Positions 1 through 9,934 of a stretch of DNA of 64,000 nucleotides are shown piece by piece (position 1 is the stretch's first letter; each line of letters begins with the position of its first letter). The notes under the pieces are model-generated. The model was not told the origin of the DNA. It was given only the letters and a program-made list of their open reading frames with translations, and ran no database searches. Position numbers and translations under genes: made by a program. The stretch covers positions 45,635 through 109,634 of the forward strand of contig CAWCBP010000010.1 in the NCBI GenBank assembly GCA_963793865.1, written 5' to 3'. Source of the DNA: an uncultured delta proteobacterium. Lineage in GTDB: Bacteria > Desulfobacterota > WTBG01.

Positions 1-120
1 CGGGCATGCGGCGTGTCACGGCCCTTCCGTGGGGGGACTCAGGCTGCCCGCGACCTGATGGGTTGTTGGGCTCAAACAGGGAAAAACAGCGGGGGAGAAT
101 CAGGTAAAAAAACCTGCTGA

Positions 121-312
121 TTACTCCTCATCCGGCTCGTTCAACCGCACCCACAGCCGTGCCGCCTCAAGGCATTGATCATGAAACAGGCTTTCTTCCT
201 CTGCCGGCAGATCCTCCTGCGGGTCAATTTCCGGGAACTGTTCCGCCAATGTTTCCCAAAAGGCATCGCAGGCCTTCCGCGAGGCAAGCTCTATTTTTTC
301 ATCATCTATCAT
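121..312 (-). CDS. small acidic hypothetical protein (63 aa)
   Basis: ATG preceded by GGAGA; natural-looking acidic helical composition; no family recognised. Confidence 0.55.
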   Translation of the reverse strand: MIDDEKIELASRKACDAFWETLAEQFPEIDPQEDLPAEEESLFHDQCLEAARLWVRLNEPDEE

Positions 313-531
313 TCACAGGTCTCCATCACATCACGTTTATCTTCATCGCGTCGAAAGATAACACCTCAGGGCGGGACAGCTATCCGGCGAGGCCTGCAAC
401 GCAAGCAATCTCAACACGACATGTTCATATCACAGAGAGCGGCACAGTCAAGCAAAGATTTGCGTAACGGGCGCCTGCTTCGGGCGTGCCGGGTCGGCAG
501 CGCGCAGCCGCCGCGATCATTCAGACGCCAA

Positions 532-1901
532 TCACGGCTGACTTTTAAAATCAGCGGCATTGACCTTGTGCTTTTTGAGAATGTTGTAGAAATCGGCGCG
601 GAACCGTCCCGCCAGCTCGGCCGCCCTGCTGATATTGCCCTTGGTGACCTGGAGCAGATGGATGATGTAGCCTTTTTCGAACTCGGCCTTGGCCCTGGTA
701 AGGGATTTTAAAGTCTCTTCCGAAGACCCGTTCGAGGGGAGAATCAGATCTTCGGTAATGACGTCCTGCTGCGTCATGGCGACGGCATACTCGATGGTGT
801 TCTCCAGTTCCCGTATGTTCCCCGGCCAGTCATGAAGCATCAGCTTTTGCATCCCGGGCGAGGTTATGCCCTTCACCTCTTTTTTCATTTTCTGGCTGAA
901 CTGTTTAATGAACTCATTTACCAGGGGAAGGATGTCTTCCTTTCGCTCCCTCAGCGGCGGCAGATTGATGGGGATGACACAAATCCGGTAAAAGAGATCT
1001 TCGCGGAAAAGGCCCTCTTCAACCGCTTTTTTAAGATCCTTATTGGTGGCGACAATTACCCTGACATCAACTTGATGGGTGTTTTCCCGCCAACGGAATA
1101 GAACTGCTGTTCCTGGAGGACGCGCAGGATTTTTGCCTGCAGGGCGGGCGACATGCAGGCGATCTCGTCCAGGAAAAGGGTTCCCCCGTCGGCCTGCATG
1201 AACAGCCCGGTCCGGCTTTGCGAAGCGCCGGTAAACGAGCCCTTCTCGTAGCCGAAAAGCTCGCTCTCCAGCAGGGTTTCGGGAAGCGCCGCGCAGTTGA
1301 TGGCCACGAAAGGCTTGTCTTTCCTGTCGCTGGCAAGATGAAGCGTTTTGGCAATAAGCTCCTTGCCGGTGCCGCTTTCGCCGTAGATGTAAATGGTGGA
1401 ATCGGTTTTCGCGACCATGGCCACCTGCCGCAGGATCTCCTGCATGTTTTTGCTCCGGGCCACAATATTTTCCACGCTGTATTTCTCATGTAAAAGCCCG
1501 GTAAGGTTCTTAATCTTGGCCAGCAACTGGTGTTTTTCGAGCGCCTTCTCGACCTGGAACAGCAGCTTGTCATGCTCAAACGGCTTGGCAAGGTAGCTGT
1601 AGGCGCCTTTTTTCATCGCCTCCACGGCGTTTTCGATGCTCCCGAACGCGGTGAAGATGATGACCGGCATGTCGGGGTTGATACGGTGAACATCTTCCAT
1701 CAGGGAGATGCCATCCCCGTCATCATCAAGCTGCAAGTCGATAATGGCGAGGTCGAATGCCTTTTCTTTCACCGCCTCCAGGGCGGTGTCTTCTCTCTGG
1801 GCGGTCGTGACTTCATACTTCTCCGACTCAAGCCGCATCCTTACCACTTCCGCGAGATTTCTGTCGTCATCCACCACCAAAATCTTTCCCGAACCCATCA
1901 C
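532..1901 (-). CDS. sigma54-dependent response regulator (REC-AAA+-Fis HTH; GlrR/NtrC family), split by a 1-nt frameshift near 1070
   Basis: REC (ILVVDDD, IIDLQL), Walker [32 protein letters not shown] in 1056..1901; the other frame continues [31 protein letters not shown] plus HTH to 532; AAGTT where AAG GTT is needed. Confidence 0.9.
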
Positions 1902-2719
1902 TGCTCCTCTTGTTCCAGATCCTTCTTCTTTTGCTCAAGTTCAATATCAACCTGCTTTTCTTTCTCGATAATATCAAGAATGTTCACCCAGATCTTCGCC
2001 TGTTCGGCGAACGTGCTCTTGGGATAGTCTTCAATGAGCCTGGTGAAATAGTCCCTGGACTGCCTGTAGTCCCGCTCAGGGTTGTCAAAATGGACACAAA
2101 TGAGGCCCATGGTAAAAAGGGCCCTGTCGCCGCCGGGGGCCTTTTTGTCCAGCAGGGACAGCGCCTTCTGGTTTTCCCTGAGCGATTCCTGGTAATCGCC
2201 TTTTATCAGGAGATCCTGGCCGTGCAGCAGGTTCCTGCACGCGGCCTGCTCCCTGCTCTCAGGCTTTTTTTCAACCTGCTTTTTTTCAACCTGTTTTTTT
2301 TCACGTTCGCGAGCAATCCGCTTCTCTTTTTCAATTTCATCAATCACATGCACCCACATGTCTGCCTGTCCGGCGAGTGCGCTTCCGGGATAGTCTTCAA
2401 TGAGCTTTTTGAAATTAGCCCTGGACTGCTTGTAGTCCCGTTGCGGGTTGTCGTGGTGGGCATAAATGAGACCCATGGAGAAAAGTGCCCTGTCGCCGGG
2501 GGGCTTCTTATCAAAGGCGGACACGACGGCCTGGTTCTCCCTCAGGGCGCCCGCGTAATCACCCCGGGCGAAAAACTCCTGACCGCGAAGCAGGCTTTTG
2601 TCGGCGCTGCTGCGCATTTCCACTTCGCGCATGGCGGCGCAGCCAAGAAACGTGAAAAAAGCTACGCCGGCAATACAAAGATAAATGTACTGCCTTTTCC
2701 TAAAGTGCTCTCTGCCCAA
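1898..2719 (-). CDS. TPR-like lipoprotein with two internal repeats (QseG/YfhG-position accessory protein)
   Basis: hydrophobic signal ending FLGC lipobox; duplicated ~95-aa unit; TTG start with GGAGG; lies between kinase and regulator. Confidence 0.75.
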   Translation of the reverse strand: MGREHFRKRQYIYLCIAGVAFFTFLGCAAMREVEMRSSADKSLLRGQEFFARGDYAGALRENQAVVSAFDKKPPGDRALFSMGLIYAHHDNPQRDYKQSRANFKKLIEDYPGSALAGQADMWVHVIDEIEKEKRIAREREKKQVEKKQVEKKPESREQAACRNLLHGQDLLIKGDYQESLRENQKALSLLDKKAPGGDRALFTMGLICVHFDNPERDYRQSRDYFTRLIEDYPKSTFAEQAKIWVNILDIIEKEKQVDIELEQKKKDLEQEEQ

Positions 2720-4146
2720 ACCTTACCTCCGTGAGACTCCACAATGTGCTTTACGATTGATAAACCCAGTCCGGTTCCTTTAATTTTATTCGGACTCCTG
2801 GCAGCGCCCTGCTGGAACTTGTCAAAGATGGTGTCCAGGCTTTCCCCGGCAATGCCGGTTCCGGTATCGGCCACGGCTATTTTTACCCCCTGCTTAACCG
2901 GATGGGCGGAAACGCTGACCGACCCATTGGCCGGGGTGAACTTTATGGCGTTCCCGATCAGGTTGCGCAAAACCTGGAGGATTTTTTCATGGTCAGCACG
3001 CACCGGCATGAGGCCGGTTTCAGCTTTTATGGCGATCCTGATATTTTTGGTCACGGCCAGCGGTTCAATTTCACGCACCGCCCTGGTTATCAAATCCAGG
3101 ATATCCGCCTGGACAAAACTATAGGACATCATCCCGGCTTCCATCTTTGCCAGATCCAGTAAGGCGTTGACCAGCTTGATCAGGCGGGCGCTCTCTTCCG
3201 ACATGATTGCCAGGAGCTTATGCTGGTTTTCCGTCAGCTCGGTATTTTTAAGGCTCTCTGCCAGGAGCGATGAGCCTTCCTTGATGGAAGTGAGCGGCGT
3301 TCGCAGCTCGTGCGACATCAAGGAAAAAAAATCGGACTTTATCCTGTCGATCTCCTTGAGCCTGCCGCACATGGCGTTGAATGACTGCGCCAATTCTTTT
3401 ATTTCAGGCGGCGAGGAGAGATTCAAATCATTGCCGAAATCCCCCCTGGCGATCTCTTTGGTTTTCTTCTTCATCGCGGCAAGGGGCCGGGTGATGGTTA
3501 TGGTGAGCAGGATGGAGATGATGAGGATGGCAGCAAGCGCGGCAATGGATATTCCAATCGCCGCTTTTCTCGCCCGGTCTTCAGCATCCCCCAACTGTTT
3601 GACTTTGTTAATGGTCGCAGTGGTGCTGTCGGATGACAGCTTGTTCAGGTTTTCCATTATATCATCAGCAGCACGGTCTCGCTCTTGCTGAAACCTGACG
3701 GCATCGTAATCTTTTCCGGATTTCAAATAGCCCATCTCTTCATTCATTGAAGCCTGGTAGCGTTCATAACTATGATTGATTTTCGCCAACCGATCCTTGG
3801 CCTCGGCGGTGTTTACCACCGATTCTATTGCTTTGGCATCGGCTTTACTTACCACCGTTGCCAGGTCGCTCATGCTCGTATCAAATGTAGATTTCACCAG
3901 GAGATATTGGCTGTACAACCCTTCGTCTTTAATAATGAAGTACTTCTTTTCGTATCTCACCATCGAGAAAAAAGCATTGAACAGGTCCTGCTCCAGCAGT
4001 ATGGAGCCGGCATCAACACTGGTGATAGTTTTTGTTCTATCCTCCAATTGGCGGAGCTGCAGGATGCAGTATATGCAGGCGGCCATCGCCAGGATGAATA
4101 TTGCCAGCAGACTGATCACCATTCTGGAAAATATGGTTACTTTCAT
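2662..4146 (-). CDS. membrane sensor histidine kinase (2 TM, HAMP, HisKA, HATPase), GlrK/QseE-like
   Basis: SHELRTPL H-box, NLIGNAIKF N-box, DTGTGI, GTGLGLSI. Confidence 0.92.
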   Translation of the reverse strand: MKVTIFSRMVISLLAIFILAMAACIYCILQLRQLEDRTKTITSVDAGSILLEQDLFNAFFSMVRYEKKYFIIKDEGLYSQYLLVKSTFDTSMSDLATVVSKADAKAIESVVNTAEAKDRLAKINHSYERYQASMNEEMGYLKSGKDYDAVRFQQERDRAADDIMENLNKLSSDSTTATINKVKQLGDAEDRARKAAIGISIAALAAILIISILLTITITRPLAAMKKKTKEIARGDFGNDLNLSSPPEIKELAQSFNAMCGRLKEIDRIKSDFFSLMSHELRTPLTSIKEGSSLLAESLKNTELTENQHKLLAIMSEESARLIKLVNALLDLAKMEAGMMSYSFVQADILDLITRAVREIEPLAVTKNIRIAIKAETGLMPVRADHEKILQVLRNLIGNAIKFTPANGSVSVSAHPVKQGVKIAVADTGTGIAGESLDTIFDKFQQGAARSPNKIKGTGLGLSIVKHIVESHGGKVWAESTLGKGSTFIFVLPA

Positions 4147-4718
4147 CTTTCGCCATAAAAAAGATTTTGATAAAAAATAATTGCCGGCGTTAAAGCGTTA
4201 CGCTCACAATTTGGCTGCGGGATTGTTAAACCGGGTTCAGTTCTGAGGCGAAGACGTCAGTTTGATCTTACGCGGCGCAACAGCTCAAGGTGTCGATGAT
4301 CCAAGGGGGAAAAGATAGATTCAATATCTTCACTTGATCCCCGGGACCCGGGGGCCATGGCTTTTGATGTTCTTTCGTTGAGCGGCAGCATTTATTTATA
4401 TATTACAATACTATTTACGTTTATGTTTTTAATGAGATCAAAAAAATTCATCTCCCGCGAACTTTGGTAACAAAATAATTTTATTCTGCAATAAGATGAA
4501 ATCATCATAAACTAATCTGTATGATTTGTAAACATAACATTTTCATGAGAGGCGGATTATCAATCGCTGTACTCAATTGTATGCAGAATGCTGCAAAAAG
4601 TGTATTCATTTAAGATGATTAAGAGCAGACACTTGATGCTCACCGCTCTGTCTCCAACGTATTGAATTGACGATCTTTATCCTGCTGCTTTCTTACCTGC
4701 CCGATTATTCCAACCTGT

Positions 4719-4733
4719 TGGCACTTAATTTGC
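4719..4733 (+). promoter_or_regulatory. sigma54 (-24/-12) promoter
   Basis: TGGCAC-TTAAT-TTGC matches consensus TGGCAC-N5-TTGC, ~105 nt upstream of ATG 4840 with GGAGG RBS. Confidence 0.75.
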
Positions 4734-4839
4734 GTTATGCCTTATAAAGATGAAATGATCTCTATCATTTCCCCTGTTTTATCATGGTGACAGCATAATG
4801 CATCAATGGAGTATCTTTTATTTTTGTACGGGAGGTTTA

Positions 4840-6193
4840 ATGGCACGATTGCACAAAAAAAAATATAACCGGCCGATATCTGCCGCCTTTTGCGCGTCAC
4901 TGTTTATTTTCATGGCCTGCTCCAACCTGCATGCTGCTTCAATAAATCTTGCCTGGAATGCCAATAGCGAATCTGATCTTGCGGGATACCGCATTTATTT
5001 CGGGACATCTTCCGGAAACTATACCTCATCACAGGAGACCGGAAGGATAACACGGTATACTCTTTCCAACCTGACCGAAGGCAGAACCTATTATATCGCT
5101 ATGTCCGCTTTTGATGCCTCGCGCAATGAGAGTCGAAGGTCGGCTGAGATCAGGGGAGTTGCCACGAATGAGGAGCCAACAGTACCAACGAGGGACCGTT
5201 TATGAAGACGCAGAAGATGGGGGGACTGCCGGCTGGGCTGTTTATGATAACCTGCCGGCGGGGGCAGGGATAGATAATGTTTATGATGGCGATCGGCAGA
5301 GTGATGTGATTGAACTGAGCGGATCCGGGACGCTGAACGGGTATCGCCTGGGCAATGCTGACGGGAGTGACTGGCACAACAAAACGCAGAGGGTTATTGA
5401 ATGGAGTATGAATTATACAGAGGCCTTTATAATATACATTGACCTGGAAACAACAGATGGGCATCGGTATCTCACCTACAGACCCCTTGACACTGATCAG
5501 CTCGGCCTGGGAGAGTATGTGTTTTTTGGGTTGGGCACCGATGCGATGGACGGGCAGTGGCACACCTTTGTGAGGGACCTGCAGGCAGATCTTAACATGG
5601 CGCAGCCGAGTGTCACCATACTTGAGGTAAACGGCTTTCTCATCCGGGGAAGCGGCATGGTGGATGATATTAAACTTATTTCCGGCTCTACCATTTATGA
5701 AGACGGAGAAGACGGGCTGACTACCGGCTGGGCTGTTTATGACAACCTGCCGGCGGGGGCAGAGATAGATAATGTTTATGATGGTGATCGGCAGAGTGAT
5801 GTGATTGAATTTACAGGGTCCGAAACAGATAATGGGTATCGTACAAGCAGCAAGTGGCATAACGAAATGCAGAGGGTAATTGAATGAGCATGAGTTATGC
5901 AGAGACACTTTATGGTGTACATTACCTGAGACCACAGCAGGAAACTGTTACCTTACTATAAGCCGATTGATATGAGCCAACTGGGTACAGACGAGTATGT
6001 GTTTTTTGGGTTGGGGACATGCGATGGAAGGGGAGTGGCGCACCTTTGTGAGGGATTGTGCAGGCGGATCTTAACAGGGCGCAGCCGGGTGTGAACATTC
6101 TTGAGGTTAACGGCTTACTGATTCGGGAAGCGGAATGGATGGATTGATATTGAAACTTCATGTTACTCGATCAATATCAACGTGGGAGGTTGA
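4840..6193 (+). pseudogene. secreted fibronectin type III protein followed by two tandem ~165-aa repeats; multiply frameshifted in this sequence (end approximate)
   Basis: signal peptide, LAWNANSESDLAGYRIYFGTSSGNY..YYIAMSAFD Fn3 motif; shift near 5190 into YEDAEDG repeat; second copy from 5696 has many indels after ~5850. Confidence 0.7.
5201..6160 (+). repeat. two tandem ~495-bp coding repeats
   Basis: TATGAAGACG..GGCTGGGCTGTTTATGA..AACCTGCCGGCGGGGGCAG..GATCGGCAGAGTGATGTGATTGAA starts at 5201 and again at 5696. Confidence 0.9.
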
Positions 6194-6279
6194 GCAAATA
6201 TCATAATCCGTACATTGTGATTATTTCAGGGTGACAAGTTTGTTAGCCCGTAATAGAAGCGGGATTTGTCTTTTGCAGA

Positions 6280-6314
6280 AAAAGCCTCTCAGTCAGAAGT
6301 GATGAGAGGCTTTT
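6280..6314. terminator. bidirectional intrinsic terminator between Fn3 gene and ssrA
   Basis: AAAAGCCTCTCA ... TGAGAGGCTTTT inverted repeat. Confidence 0.75.
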
Positions 6315-6346
6315 CAGCTGCTTGAAACAGGAAATCGGGATTTTAA

Positions 6347-6707
6347 TGGTGGAGGCGGCGGGAGTCGAACCCGCGTCCGGAAATACTCCACTTAAAGTTC
6401 TACATGCTTAGCCTGAGTTTTTTATCTCACCTCCCGAAACTCCCGCAGGCAGGATTCCCGGGAGGCCAGCTCGTGAAGAATTTCATTCTCACCCCCGCGA
6501 GCAAAAGGTGGGAACTATCCCGCTGAGTCGACGCCCTTTACAGCCCCGCGGGCATTGGCTGCAAGGACGCTTGCTGCTTAGTTAAGCAGCAAGGGCGTAA
6601 TCATAATCGTTTGCGATTATGTTTATTTCCACCCGTTTAACGAGAGGTTGGAGTGCTCGGCATGCCCCTTAAGCTTCAATTATCCCCGTCGAAACCGTTT
6701 CGCCCCC
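6347..6707 (-). ncRNA. ssrA: tmRNA; tag peptide (A)ANDYDYALAA
   Basis: 5' GGGGGCGAAACGGTTTCGAC, 3' GGTTCGACTCCCGCCGCCTCCACCA; resume codon GCA AAC GAT TAT GAT TAC GCC CTT GCT GCT TAA; adjacent to smpB. Confidence 0.97.
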
Positions 6708-6719
6708 TTTCTAAGGATG

Positions 6720-7010
6720 AAATTCTAAATCCGAAGCACGAAATCCGAAACAAATCCAAAATTCAAATGACCAAATGTTCCAAACTGCAACCATGAAGCC
6801 CACGAAGGGCAAAACATGAATGCAAGATACAGTCAGATGCTGAAATCTTTTTGAACCACGAAGACCAGAAGCAAAGTCCGAAGCACAAAAAGACGGACAA
6901 TGACAACCATAAAGGATCTTCTTTAAAGGTCAAATGCGACTCATTGTTTTTATCACCCTGTTCCCTGAACCCTGTACCCTTTTTTTCGACCTTCTGCACC
7001 CTGTACCCTG
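6720..7010. repeat. stacked degenerate short-period repeats (AAATCCG-type 7-mers, CACGAAG units, CCCTGTA/CCCTGAA 7-mers)
   Basis: AAATTCT AAATCCG AAGCACG AAATCCG at 6720-6747; ACCCTGTTCCCTGAACCCTGTACCCT at ~6955-6980 and CACCCTGTACCCTG near 7000. Confidence 0.7.
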
Positions 7011-7013
7011 CGT

Positions 7014-7481
7014 TTACATTCTTCCCTTGATTTTTGTGCTGCGAAATTCCCGTTCCGCTTCGCGGGCGAAATCTTTTTTCTTGATGTCCTCTCGCTTGTC
7101 GTGCGGGTTTTTGCCCTTGGCCAGGGCCATTTCAACCTTCACCTTTCCATCCTTGAAATACAGTTTCAGGGGGATGAAGGTCAGCCCTCTTTCCTTTATT
7201 TTGCCGTAGAGTTTTTTTATCTCGCTCTTGTGAAAAAGCAGTTTCCGCTGCCTTAAGGGATCATGGTTGAACTGATGCGCGTAGTCATAAGGGCTGATGT
7301 GCGCATTGATAAGAAATATCTCACCGTCTTTAATCCGGGCGTAACCGTCTTTAAGATTGGCCTTTCCCGCCCGGCATGACTTTACCTCGCTTCCCTGAAG
7401 CACGAGCCCCGCTTCATAGGTATCGAGGACGTGGTAATCGTGCCGTGCTTTCCTGTTCTGACAAATCAGTTTTTCTGCCAT
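7014..7481 (-). CDS. smpB: SsrA-binding protein SmpB
   Basis: NRKARHDY, EAGLVLQGSEVKS, RKLLFHKSEI, ALAKGK..HDKRE. Confidence 0.97.
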   Translation of the reverse strand: MAEKLICQNRKARHDYHVLDTYEAGLVLQGSEVKSCRAGKANLKDGYARIKDGEIFLINAHISPYDYAHQFNHDPLRQRKLLFHKSEIKKLYGKIKERGLTFIPLKLYFKDGKVKVEMALAKGKNPHDKREDIKKKDFAREAEREFRSTKIKGRM

Positions 7482-7613
7482 AATTACGTTTATTAGTAGT
7501 GACATAAAATGATATCACAACCATGCCGTTTATACAAGCAGGTAAGAGAGGCCCTCTCGGAAACGATTGCGATTGATTGTTATCGCGGGGCGTGATAAAT
7601 TGAATCAAAAATT

Positions 7614-7659
7614 AACCACGAAGGGCACGAAGAAAGAAATAAGCACGAAGAACACGAAG
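7614..7659. repeat. 9-nt-period CACGAAG repeats
   Basis: AACCACGAAGGGCACGAAG...AAGCACGAAGAACACGAAGG. Confidence 0.65.
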
Positions 7660-7674
7660 GAGGTCAGCGAGCCA

Positions 7675-8481
7675 ATGTTCTTGAAAAAAAACTGCACGTC
7701 ACAACGGTGGAATAGGGTACTGCTTACCTGTTTACTCCTTCTTGGCTGCCTCAGCTCCTGCATCTTTTTGCCTTCGCTGGCGCCGAAACCGGGGGAAGAA
7801 GAAACCCTCTTTCAGAAGATCATCGAACTTTCTGAGGCGCGGGTCTATGAAGAGGCTATCACGGCATGCCAGGAATTCCTGGAAAAGTTCCCCAAATCGA
7901 AAACGACCGATGTGGTGCTGCTCAGGCTGGGTGAAGCATTTGAGGGTCTCCTGAAACCGGGCTATTATCAGCCGGTGGAGGAGGGCATGCCGGCGGAGGA
8001 GGCCAAAAAGCAATTCATGAAAAAATACGGCCACTACGAATGCTGGATCGACACACCCTGCGGTGTGCAATACAACCTGTCTCACTACCGGGAAATGATG
8101 GAACGGTTTCCGGAGAGCATGTATGCCGATGAGGGAGAATACCACCTCATCGCCTGGAAATGTGATTACAAGGGTTTGCCTGAAGGGCCGCTGGAAGAGA
8201 TATCGCAGATGGAAAAGGTTCTCCAGAAATACCCGACCACGTCACTGAAGCCGGAGCTTTACTACAAGATAGGCTACCGCTTTCACGTGCTGCATGAGAT
8301 CTCTTCCTTTTCACCGCAAAAGAACCTGCGGGACCAGAAAAAAGGGAGAGAGTATAAGGACCAGGCCCTTTACTTTTACCGGATGTCCCTGAAGCAGCCC
8401 GCGCAGTCCAAGTTCTCAAAGAAGGCCTGGGAGGACCTCGGCAAATTGGAGGAAGGAAAAAGAATTTATATTACAGACTGA
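7675..8481 (+). CDS. putative lipoprotein with BamD/YfiO-like TPR motifs
   Basis: LLLLGCLSSC lipobox; repeated 'FLEKFPKS / ERFPES / QKYPTT' TPR-like motifs; GGAGG upstream. Confidence 0.65.
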   Translation: MFLKKNCTSQRWNRVLLTCLLLLGCLSSCIFLPSLAPKPGEEETLFQKIIELSEARVYEEAITACQEFLEKFPKSKTTDVVLLRLGEAFEGLLKPGYYQPVEEGMPAEEAKKQFMKKYGHYECWIDTPCGVQYNLSHYREMMERFPESMYADEGEYHLIAWKCDYKGLPEGPLEEISQMEKVLQKYPTTSLKPELYYKIGYRFHVLHEISSFSPQKNLRDQKKGREYKDQALYFYRMSLKQPAQSKFSKKAWEDLGKLEEGKRIYITD

Positions 8482-8498
8482 ACCTGTCTGCCCGGTTC

Positions 8499-9320
8499 CT
8501 AGGGTATGAGGGCCAGGGATATGGTCTGGCGGGTGGTGCTTGGTATTTCCTGTTCTCCCATTGGCAGCGGGGCCGCAATGGACATTTTGAGTTCCATGTC
8601 AACCTTGCTTTCCACGATGAAACCTTTTTCCAGGGCAACATAGGTTTTGCCAGTACCGGTACCTGTTCCCTTCATTTTCATTGAGGGGTCATCAGCGCCC
8701 TGAATATTCATGGAAATGGTGTAGTCCATTACCGCGCAGGGGTAACCATTCTTTTCCTCGCGCCTGGTAAAGGTGTACTTGGATTCCACCACAACCTTCA
8801 TCTGGGACTCGGGGAGTTCTTCCTTTTGTGTCCAGGTATCACCTGCCTTAAGCTTTTTGTCGGGAAATTTCGGATAGAGACAGAAGAGCACGTTATTGAT
8901 GTCAGGGCTCAAACCCTGGAAGGCGATCATGGACTGGATTCCTTTGGGCTCAATGATCTCGCCATTTTCTCTCAGCTTCATGAGGGTCTGCTTCCCCACC
9001 ATCGATGAGCCCATCGCGTTCGGTATCTTCTTGCCCCCTATATTCATCTCCATGTCGTAGGAATCACAGGTGATGGTGATTTCGGCAATCCCCCCCTCCA
9101 CCCGGTCGACCTTCTGGGTAAGGGTCACTTCGGTTTTGTTCGGCAGCTCCATTTTCTTTCCCATGAACTCGTAAGCGGTGGCCGAATCCTGGGTAACTTT
9201 ATACTTGTAGACATCACCCGGCTTGAATTTAAAGCGCAGTTTAAATGACCTTTCCCCGCACCCAAGCGAGCACACCAGAAAAAGAATTATAAGCCAGCAA
9301 ACTGACGCCGTTTTTTTCAT
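8499..9320 (-). CDS. putative beta-rich lipoprotein (DUF6263-like)
   Basis: MKK..CSLGC lipobox; LRFKFKPGDVYKY and FPDKKLKAGDTW motifs; GGAGG RBS. Confidence 0.65.
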   Translation of the reverse strand: MKKTASVCWLIILFLVCSLGCGERSFKLRFKFKPGDVYKYKVTQDSATAYEFMGKKMELPNKTEVTLTQKVDRVEGGIAEITITCDSYDMEMNIGGKKIPNAMGSSMVGKQTLMKLRENGEIIEPKGIQSMIAFQGLSPDINNVLFCLYPKFPDKKLKAGDTWTQKEELPESQMKVVVESKYTFTRREEKNGYPCAVMDYTISMNIQGADDPSMKMKGTGTGTGKTYVALEKGFIVESKVDMELKMSIAAPLPMGEQEIPSTTRQTISLALIP

Positions 9321-9343
9321 GGGTGTAACCTCCGTTTCATAAG

Positions 9344-9913
9344 TCATGTTCCCCTGCGGTTGTAAAGGTTCATTGCCGCCTGAAGGCCGGCTCTCAGGAG
9401 TAATTCGAGGGCTTCCTGCGCGTTGGCGATTACCTCGCCAAGCAGTTGCTTCTCGGCATGGTCGAAGGGCTGCAAAACATAGTCCGCCGCATCCATTCCC
9501 CCGGGCGGTCTCCCAATGCCGACTTTCACCCTGGGGAAATCGCCGCTCCCAGTGGCACGCATGATGGACTGAATGCCCTTGTGGCCCCCGTTTCCTCCTT
9601 TTTCCTTGATCTTGATTCTGCCGAAGGGGAGATCTAAATCGTCGTGGATTACTATCAGCTGGTTCGCCGTGAGAGAGAATGGCGCAAGAAACAGTTTTAC
9701 GGCATCGCCGCTTAAGTTCATGTAGGTGCGGGGCCTGGCGAGAATTACGGGGTGACCTTCAATTTTCCCCCGGCCCCAAGAACTCTTGTATTTCCTTTCC
9801 TGCAGGTGGATGTCATGGGCCCTGGCCAGCCGGTTCACAACCAGGAAACCGATGTTATGCCTGCTCGCCTCATATTCCTTACCCGGGTTTCCGAGACCCA
9901 CAATAAGTTCCAC
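9344..9913 (-). CDS. pth: peptidyl-tRNA hydrolase
   Basis: LIVGLGNPG, RHNIGF, YMNLSG, HDDLDLP, GGHKG. Confidence 0.97.
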   Translation of the reverse strand: MELIVGLGNPGKEYEASRHNIGFLVVNRLARAHDIHLQERKYKSSWGRGKIEGHPVILARPRTYMNLSGDAVKLFLAPFSLTANQLIVIHDDLDLPFGRIKIKEKGGNGGHKGIQSIMRATGSGDFPRVKVGIGRPPGGMDAADYVLQPFDHAEKQLLGEVIANAQEALELLLRAGLQAAMNLYNRRGT

Positions 9914-9934
9914 ACCTGCACCCGGTCAATGGGC

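Noticed and set aside
1..60. GC-rich stems at window start resembling part of SRP RNA (TCAGGTC..GCAGCC on minus strand)
   Set aside because: Lacks the CCGGAAGGAAG tetraloop core; truncated by window edge
159..711. Plus-strand ORFs of 102 and 178 aa
   Set aside because: Antisense to better-supported minus-strand genes; Arg/Ser-rich non-protein-like composition
4320..4395. AAAGCCATGG on minus strand suggesting a c-di-GMP-I riboswitch
   Set aside because: Missing GGCAAAC/GNRA P2 and downstream consensus
6180..6350. Possible genomic island integrated at the tmRNA 3' end
   Set aside because: No integrase and no duplicated ssrA 3' end seen in the window
6763..7209. Short ORFs between ssrA and smpB
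   Set aside because: Derived from repeat arrays or antisense to smpB
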